Assembly (NCBI GenBank): GCA_965116495.1
Contig: OZ220696.1
Location: forward strand, 3,936,001 to 4,000,000
Direction of reading: 5' to 3'
Length of the DNA: 64,000 bases
Origin: Gammaproteobacteria bacterium
GTDB lineage: Bacteria; Pseudomonadota; Gammaproteobacteria; Eutrophobiales; Eutrophobiaceae
The notes under the pieces were generated by a model that saw nothing but the letters and a program-made list of their open reading frames with translations, had not been told where the DNA came from and ran no database searches. Below, piece after piece: positions 57,566 through 64,000 of this stretch (position 1 is the stretch's first letter; each line of letters opens with the position of its first letter). A program made the translations under genes and the position numbers.

Positions 57566-59824
57566 ATGAACCGTATCCGGATTTCTGTCTGTCTGGCGTC
57601 ACTGTTTTTCTTGTTTTCTTCCATTACCTTTCCTGTTATCGCGCAACAGGCAGAAGCTTCTCTTGAAGAGGTTGTCGTCACTGCGCAACGCCGCGCACAG
57701 GGCTTGCATGACGTGCCCATTGCCATCACTGCCCTGGGTGGGGCTTTCCTGGCGGAAAAGCAGGTTTTTGATACGGAATCCCTGTCCCAGTACACTCCCA
57801 GCCTGCATATCTTCGCCGAACAGACCGGCAGTGAGTTTTATACGATAAGAGGGATCGGACGGGCAAACGAGGACCTGGCCTCGGACTCCGGCGTTGCCGT
57901 TTTTATCGACGATGTCTATGTGCCCCGCCAGGGCGCGGCCAACCTTGCCCTGTTCGATGTCGAGCGGGTTGAAGTCCTGCGCGGGCCCCAGGGAACATTA
58001 TGGGGTAAAAATGCCGTTGGCGGCGCTATCAACATCATTACCCGCAAACCCGGAGATGAAATGTCCGGCTATGTCAGCGCGGACCTGGCCGAGCACAGTA
58101 CGGTGAACGTGCGCGGCGGAGTCAGCGCGCCGCTGGTAGAAGATACACTGTACGGGCGCCTTGCGTTTTCCACCAGGAACCGTGACGGTCTCTACCGGAA
58201 CCTGAACACCGATGAGGAAGCCAACGATACCGACGTGCAGGCTTTCCGCGGTTCCCTGCGCTTCACGCCGGGCGAGCGGACTACCATAGACTTTTCGGCT
58301 GACTGGGAAAAGGTCGAGCAGGACGGCGTGTTGAAGAGCATTATAGTGGATGTGCCCGGCACGCCGTATATATTGAAGGACTTTTTCAAGGCCACGTTTC
58401 CCACGCAGGAAGACAACGTGCGCACTTCGCGCGCCGGTACCCATGGTGAGCAGGGCGTTGAGCAATATGGTTTCAACCTCACCGCGCGCCATGCCTTCGA
58501 CAATGCGGATTTGACCCTTGTTTCAGGTCTGCGCTTTGAGGACAGTTATAACCTGGAAGACAATGATCGTGCCCCGGAGAAATCCGCGGAAGTATTTTCC
58601 GAGCAGGAAAGCTGGCACTTCAGCCAGGAGATCAGGCTATCTTCAAGCAACGACAGCAATATGGCATGGACCGCCGGGCTGTACTATTTCCACGATAACG
58701 GCGACCGCGACCAGATGCGCTTTTCCGATTTTTTCGGTCCCGGCGGCCTGGTAGGTCCGGGCTCGCCGGAGCTTCAGAACTCCACCACCACGTTCAAGCA
58801 ACACCTGATAACGGATGCATACGCGGTATTCGGCGAATTGACTTACCGGTTTGCCGAGCGCCTCAGCATTACCCTGGGCGGTCGCTACAGTTATGAGAAA
58901 AAAGACTACGATATCAATGCGTTCGCAGTAGCCAACCCCGGTTCGACATCTTCCTACTCCCTGTTCCAGCCCGGTGGGAATTACACCGCGGCCGATGCCA
59001 AGTCATGGGAGGATTTCTCCCCCAAGGCGGTTCTGTCCTATGAACTGGTCGATAACGTCAACACCTATTTTTCCTTTACCAAGGGTTTCAAGAGCGGCGG
59101 ATATAACGGTAGCCCGGATACCGCGGCCGATGTCATTCCGTTCCGGCCGGAAGAAGCCACCCAGTACGAAATCGGCCTCAAGGGACGTTTAATGGATGGG
59201 CGCCTGTCGGCAAACCTGGCAGGTTTCTTTATAGACTTCGAAGACCTGCAATTGCAGGGGTTTGATCCGGAAACAGGATCGCCTATTACCAACAACGCGG
59301 CACAGGCGGAGATCCTCGGCGCGGAGATCGAGTTTGACCTGCTGGTGAATAATTTATTGCTCAACTTCGGCGCGTCTTACCTGGACCATGAGTTCAAGGA
59401 GTTTGCCATTGAAGTATTTGACCCCACTATAGAAGGCGGCCCTCCTTTCCGCCTGGTCAACAAGGCCGGGGACAGGCTTGGAGCGATTCCCAAGTACAAT
59501 ATTCACGCCGGGGCAACCTACACTTGGCCGCTGAGCAGCGGCGCCTCGTTCTCGATATCCGGTGACGTGGTCGCAGTTGACGAGACAATAACCATATTTG
59601 ACACGCTCTGGTCGGATTCATACGAAGTGTTCAACGTGCGCGCGACATGGCGCTCGGCTTCCGGAAACTGGGACGTCTCGTTATGGGCGAAAAACGTGAC
59701 AGATAATGATTATTACCGGGGCGGCGGACCGGTGCCCGACATCGATGACAAGATATCCCGCCTCGGCCTGTTTGCCGACCCGCGTATCGTGGGCGGCACC
59801 ATTACCTGGCGTTTTAACGATTAA
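57566..59824 (+). CDS. TonB-dependent receptor
   Basis: LEEVVVTAQRR, EVLRGPQGTLWGKN, GFKSGG. Confidence 0.93.
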   Translation: MNRIRISVCLASLFFLFSSITFPVIAQQAEASLEEVVVTAQRRAQGLHDVPIAITALGGAFLAEKQVFDTESLSQYTPSLHIFAEQTGSEFYTIRGIGRANEDLASDSGVAVFIDDVYVPRQGAANLALFDVERVEVLRGPQGTLWGKNAVGGAINIITRKPGDEMSGYVSADLAEHSTVNVRGGVSAPLVEDTLYGRLAFSTRNRDGLYRNLNTDEEANDTDVQAFRGSLRFTPGERTTIDFSADWEKVEQDGVLKSIIVDVPGTPYILKDFFKATFPTQEDNVRTSRAGTHGEQGVEQYGFNLTARHAFDNADLTLVSGLRFEDSYNLEDNDRAPEKSAEVFSEQESWHFSQEIRLSSSNDSNMAWTAGLYYFHDNGDRDQMRFSDFFGPGGLVGPGSPELQNSTTTFKQHLITDAYAVFGELTYRFAERLSITLGGRYSYEKKDYDINAFAVANPGSTSSYSLFQPGGNYTAADAKSWEDFSPKAVLSYELVDNVNTYFSFTKGFKSGGYNGSPDTAADVIPFRPEEATQYEIGLKGRLMDGRLSANLAGFFIDFEDLQLQGFDPETGSPITNNAAQAEILGAEIEFDLLVNNLLLNFGASYLDHEFKEFAIEVFDPTIEGGPPFRLVNKAGDRLGAIPKYNIHAGATYTWPLSSGASFSISGDVVAVDETITIFDTLWSDSYEVFNVRATWRSASGNWDVSLWAKNVTDNDYYRGGGPVPDIDDKISRLGLFADPRIVGGTITWRFND

Positions 59825-59883
59825 CACAGGTACTACATAACAACAACCGCCTCAACTGAAGGGGCGCTGAGGACACTGTTGCC

Positions 59884-61221
59884 ATGCAAGAGCAGGAAGT
59901 GAACGTTGTCGAAATAATGGACAACGCAAAACTACGGGCATTCCAGAAAGGCGTGATCGCCACCTGTTTTGCCCTGATTATGGTCGATGGTTTCGATACC
60001 CAGTCAATTGCCTTTGTTGCACCGGCGTTACGTCATGCCTGGGAGATATCACCCAATACATTCGGTTTATTGTTCAGTGCCGGGCTACTCGGCAGCATGC
60101 TCGGCGCCATGATATTAGGGCCCGTTGGCGATCGTCTTGGGCGCAAGCCGCTCATTCTGGCATCAACCCTCTTGTTCGGTATCATGTCATTGTTGAGCGC
60201 ATGGGCGTCCTCGGTAGAAATGCTGGCAATATACCGGTTTACAGGTGGTCTGGGACTGGGCGGATTACTGCCCAACGCCATTGCATTGGTGTCGGAATAT
60301 TCACCCAGGCGGGTACGTTCCACCACGATTGTCGCGACGTTTATAGGGTTCCCGCTGGGCGCCGTCATCGGCGGCATGAGCAGCGCCCATATTATTCCCG
60401 CATACGGGTGGGAAATGGTATTCATCATAGGCGGTGTCCTGCCATTGATCCTGCTGGTTATCGCCTGGTTCCAGCTTCCGGAATCGATCAAGTTTCTTGC
60501 GCTCAACAAAAAACAGCCGGAGCAGATTGCTTCTATCCTGGCCCGGATTGACCCGTCGCAGAGCGCCGTTGCTGTTGAGCGCTTGCGCCTGCCGCACAAC
60601 AAACCTGTACAACAACCAGTCAAGAAATTGTTCATGGATGGTCGGGCAATGTGGACCTTGTTCCTGTGGCTGTTGACTTTTTCGGCATTATTATTGACCT
60701 ATTTCCTCGTACACTGGATACCGCTGGTACTGGTGGATGCCGGGATCGCGCAGCAAAATGCCATCAAGGGGGTAGCGTTACTTAACCTGGGCGGCATTAT
60801 CGGTAGTATTATCATCAGTCGAATCAGTGATAAGCGCGGTCCTTACCTTGCCATGTCCGTTGCCATGGGAATAGCCATCGTATTCATTGCCGCAATCGGT
60901 ATCAGCACCCCGGCCGGAGCGGCGGTCGTACTGGCCATTATTTTTCTGGCAGGGTTTACCTTCGTGGGAGCACAGTTGAATATCAGCGCAATCGCCGCAA
61001 TCAACTATCCGGTTGAGATTCGCAGTGCAGGTAGTGGCTGGAGCATTGCAGCAGGGCGCGTCGGTTCCATTGTAGGACCCCTGGTTGGTGGAATCCTCGT
61101 CAGTGTTAACCTGGACATCGATAAAATCTTCTTTGTAGCCGCGGTTCCCGCAGCCGTAGCCTTGTTCGCCATTATCATGATGTCGAGAAAAGCATCTGAC
61201 TTTGTGACGGAAGAGCAGTAG
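59884..61221 (+). CDS. MFS transporter, aromatic acid:H+ symporter (PcaK/MhpT-like)
   Basis: DGFD, GDRLGRK, SEYSP.R.R, LPES. Confidence 0.88.
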   Translation: MQEQEVNVVEIMDNAKLRAFQKGVIATCFALIMVDGFDTQSIAFVAPALRHAWEISPNTFGLLFSAGLLGSMLGAMILGPVGDRLGRKPLILASTLLFGIMSLLSAWASSVEMLAIYRFTGGLGLGGLLPNAIALVSEYSPRRVRSTTIVATFIGFPLGAVIGGMSSAHIIPAYGWEMVFIIGGVLPLILLVIAWFQLPESIKFLALNKKQPEQIASILARIDPSQSAVAVERLRLPHNKPVQQPVKKLFMDGRAMWTLFLWLLTFSALLLTYFLVHWIPLVLVDAGIAQQNAIKGVALLNLGGIIGSIIISRISDKRGPYLAMSVAMGIAIVFIAAIGISTPAGAAVVLAIIFLAGFTFVGAQLNISAIAAINYPVEIRSAGSGWSIAAGRVGSIVGPLVGGILVSVNLDIDKIFFVAAVPAAVALFAIIMMSRKASDFVTEEQ

Positions 61222-61239
61222 ATTGACTAATGTAGATCG

Positions 61240-63039
61240 TTGAGCGTAACCATAACCTTGCGCCTCAGAGTCGGACAAAGGAGTGAACAGCCGGCGGATA
61301 CCGGTATTACCAGAAAACAGAAGTGGTCCTCGTCTGCCATTATATTGACGCTGCTACTCTCGACCTGGTCTTTCTCGGCCGTTCCCCAATCAACCCGAGA
61401 CGCAGGTGGAAAGGCTCAGCCCGATGAACGGGAAGCGTCCCGGCCGAATATTCTGCTTATTGTCGCGGATGATCTGGGATATACCGATCTCGGCGTCTAC
61501 GGCAGCGAAATTGAAACGCCCAACCTTGATGAATTGGCCCGGGGCGGGCTAATATTTTCGCAGTTTTACAGTTCACCGATGTGTTCACCGACCCGGGCCA
61601 TGTTGCTGTCCGGTATGGATAATCACCGGGCCGGAGTAGGCAACCTTTACGCGAAGCTGGCAGATAATCAAAAGGGTCAAACCGGCTACCAGGGCCATCT
61701 CCGGAACCGTGTTGCCTCGTTGCCGGAATTACTGCAGGCTGGTGGTTATCACACTTACATCACCGGCAAGTGGCATCTCGGTGAGAGCGAAGAGCACAGC
61801 CCGGCTGCCAGGGGTTTTGAAAAATCCTGGGTACTGGCGGAATCCGGCGCGGGGCACTTCAGCAATATGCAATCACTGTCCGGACCGGGGCAGGCCATAT
61901 ACCGGGAAAACGGGAAGAAGCTCGGTAGTTTGCCGGCAGATTTTTATTCCACGCGCTTTTACGCCGACAAGATGATCGATTATATCGGGCAGGGTCTTGG
62001 TGACGGCAGACCATTTTTTGCCTACCTCGCTTTCACCGCGGTGCATTTTCCGTTACAGGCGCCGGGAGAATCCATTGAAAAATATTCCGGCAGATATGAT
62101 GAGGGATACAACGTTTTACACGCACAACGGTTTCAGCGCCTCAAGGAATTGGGCATTATACCTGCCGGTACCGAAGCATTTCCCCCGTTGCCCGCGGAAA
62201 AGGCCTGGGACCGGCTCACCGGACAGGAGCGCAGGGTATCTGCAAGAAGTATGGAGATCTATGCAGCAATGATCGATGACCTGGACAGGTATGTCGGGAA
62301 GGTGATGGATTACCTGAAAGACGCCGGTGAGTATGACAATACGCTCGTTTTTTTCATGTCCGACAATGGCGCGGAAGGCCATCGTCTTGATGATGGCTTG
62401 ATACCTTTACGGGAATGGTCACATCAATGTTGTGATAACAGTTATGGCAACCTGGGCAATGCTGACTCGTATGTCATGCTGGGACCGAATTGGGCGCGGG
62501 CTGCCACCGGCCCGTTTCGAATGTTCAAGGGGTTTACCACGGAAGGCGGTATCCGCGTGCCGGCGTTCATATATTATCCGGCTTACATCCAGGGGGGCGA
62601 AGTGCGTAAGGAAATCCTGACGGTGATGGATGTAATGCCGACACTGCTGGAAATTGCAAACATAAGGCATCCCGGTACGGAGTTTAACGGTCGCGAAGTG
62701 TTGCCCATGCAGGGTCGTTCGCTTGTGGGCCTGTTGAGCAGGGGGACGCTAGCAGCCGCTGACAAAGAATTTTCAATGGGCTGGGAGTTGCTGGGCAAAC
62801 GGGCTTATCGCAAAGGCGACTGGAAGATCGTCTGGCAACCGGACCAGGAAACATGGGAACCCTGGACGGATGGAATAAACACCGAACAGTGGCAGCTGTA
62901 TAACCTGGCGGACGACCTGGCGGAGATGCGGGATTTATCTGTGCAACACCCGCAAAAACGCCATGAATTAATTAGCCTGTGGAAGGACTACGTGCAGGAA
63001 AACAATGTGATCTTGCCGGATTGGATCAGTGGATATTAA
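61240..63039 (+). CDS. Formylglycine-type arylsulfatase (AtsA-like), secreted
   Basis: PNILLIVADDLG, CSPTR, GKWHLG, SDNG; start uncertain. Confidence 0.92.
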   Translation: MSVTITLRLRVGQRSEQPADTGITRKQKWSSSAIILTLLLSTWSFSAVPQSTRDAGGKAQPDEREASRPNILLIVADDLGYTDLGVYGSEIETPNLDELARGGLIFSQFYSSPMCSPTRAMLLSGMDNHRAGVGNLYAKLADNQKGQTGYQGHLRNRVASLPELLQAGGYHTYITGKWHLGESEEHSPAARGFEKSWVLAESGAGHFSNMQSLSGPGQAIYRENGKKLGSLPADFYSTRFYADKMIDYIGQGLGDGRPFFAYLAFTAVHFPLQAPGESIEKYSGRYDEGYNVLHAQRFQRLKELGIIPAGTEAFPPLPAEKAWDRLTGQERRVSARSMEIYAAMIDDLDRYVGKVMDYLKDAGEYDNTLVFFMSDNGAEGHRLDDGLIPLREWSHQCCDNSYGNLGNADSYVMLGPNWARAATGPFRMFKGFTTEGGIRVPAFIYYPAYIQGGEVRKEILTVMDVMPTLLEIANIRHPGTEFNGREVLPMQGRSLVGLLSRGTLAAADKEFSMGWELLGKRAYRKGDWKIVWQPDQETWEPWTDGINTEQWQLYNLADDLAEMRDLSVQHPQKRHELISLWKDYVQENNVILPDWISGY

Positions 63040-64000
63040 TGTCAGAGAAGAATAAACCCGGGTTGCGATCCGGCATTACCACCAGGGGACTGACCCGTTC
63101 GCCCCACCGCGCATTCTTGCGCGGCATGGGCCTGGGTGATGATGATTTTGATAAACCATTCATCGGCGTTGTGACAACTGCGGGAGAAACCACCCCGTGT
63201 AATATGAACCTGTCGCAACAGGCACAGGCCGCCAAGTCCGGCATCACCGACGCCGGAGCGGTAGCGCGTGAATTCACGACCATATCGGTTGCCGACAGCA
63301 TGTCCATGAATCACCAGGGGATGCGCTTTTCCCTGATTGGACGTGAATTGATCGCCGACAGTATCGAAGCGGTAATGCGCGGCCACGCTTACGACGGCCT
63401 GGTCGGATTTGCCGGCTGTGACAAGACATTGCCCGGCATCATGATGGCCATGGCGCGCTGTAATTCACCTGCGGTGTTTATATATGGCGGCAGTACCCTG
63501 CCCGGGAACCTGCACGGACAGGAAGTTACCATCCTGGACGTAACAGAAGGCGTAGGCGCCGTACTTGCGGGAGAAATGACGCGGGCACACCTGGATAAAC
63601 TGGAACAATGCAGTATTCCCACTATCGGGTCCTGTCCCGGGCAATTTACCGCAAATACCATGGGTATGGTGTCCGAGGCGCTGGGCCTTGCGCCGCCTGA
63701 TTCTTCCGTAATCCCGGCGGTATATGAAGCGCGTGAAGCCCTGGCGTACAGGGCGGGGGAAAGAGTGGTGGAGATATTGCAAAATGGCGGACCTTTACCG
63801 CGCGACCTGATCACTCGAAAAAGTCTGGAAAATGCCTGCGCAGTGGTGGCGGCTACGGGTGGGTCCACCAATGCTGCCTTGCATATTCCCGCGATTGCCC
63901 ACGAAGCCGGCATCCGTTTCAGCCTTGATGACATGGCAGAAAAACTGCAAAGCACGCCGTTGATCGCCGACATGAAGCCGGGCGGGAAATATCTGGCGAA
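63039..64000 (+). CDS. ilvD: Dihydroxy-acid dehydratase (IlvD/Edd family), truncated by window end
   Basis: Not in the ORF track. ATG overlaps the sulfatase stop: MSEKNKPGLRS..TPCN..RELIADSIE..GCDKTLPG..CPGQFTANTM..GGSTNA. Confidence 0.85.
   Translation, partial: MSEKNKPGLRSGITTRGLTRSPHRAFLRGMGLGDDDFDKPFIGVVTTAGETTPCNMNLSQQAQAAKSGITDAGAVAREFTTISVADSMSMNHQGMRFSLIGRELIADSIEAVMRGHAYDGLVGFAGCDKTLPGIMMAMARCNSPAVFIYGGSTLPGNLHGQEVTILDVTEGVGAVLAGEMTRAHLDKLEQCSIPTIGSCPGQFTANTMGMVSEALGLAPPDSSVIPAVYEAREALAYRAGERVVEILQNGGPLPRDLITRKSLENACAVVAATGGSTNAALHIPAIAHEAGIRFSLDDMAEKLQSTPLIADMKPGGKYLA

Noticed and set aside
63389-63973. 194-aa minus-strand ORF at the window end
   Set aside because: Antisense shadow of the plus-strand IlvD-family gene missing from the ORF track.

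Overview
Bacterial chromosomal window, probably gammaproteobacterial (inferred from TonB-dependent receptors and sigma70 promoters). It is made almost entirely of accessory catabolic loci; I found no rRNA, tRNA, CRISPR array or intact transposase. (1) 1-23.5 kb is an island with a TetR regulator, three acetoacetate-decarboxylase-fold (ADC) paralogs, two luciferase-like (LLM) oxidoreductases, a molybdopterin enzyme, a Rieske oxygenase plus cupin, a Tat-exported spermidine-dehydrogenase-like flavoprotein, a cytochrome c-PQQ dehydrogenase, a TonB receptor, an MFS, a tandem VOC protein, an aminotransferase, an ALDH and SDRs. Five of its intergenic regions share a TAGGCCA-N-TGGCCTA-like operator overlapping sigma70 -10 boxes. 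In three regions the sites are paired 121-123 bp apart with an IHF-like site at a fixed offset. This is the best candidate for an undescribed co-regulated amine/N-heterocycle catabolic system. (2) 23-28.5 kb is a decay zone: pseudogenes, two MITE-like elements, Fic, AAA-DUF4143 and a ParE remnant. (3) A ribose-type ABC transporter, ribokinase and a NicX-like dioxygenase follow. (4) Next come ACAD/phosphotransferase/SDR genes with two TA modules, a LuxR/VOC/SDR/TonB locus and a DoeD-like transaminase. (5) A compact serine-cycle operon (sgaA-mcl-mtkAB-hpr-ppc) carries a REP hairpin in frame inside ppc. (6) A GntR-TonB-MFS-sulfatase-IlvD locus runs off the right end. All functional calls come from motif recognition by eye; no searches were run.
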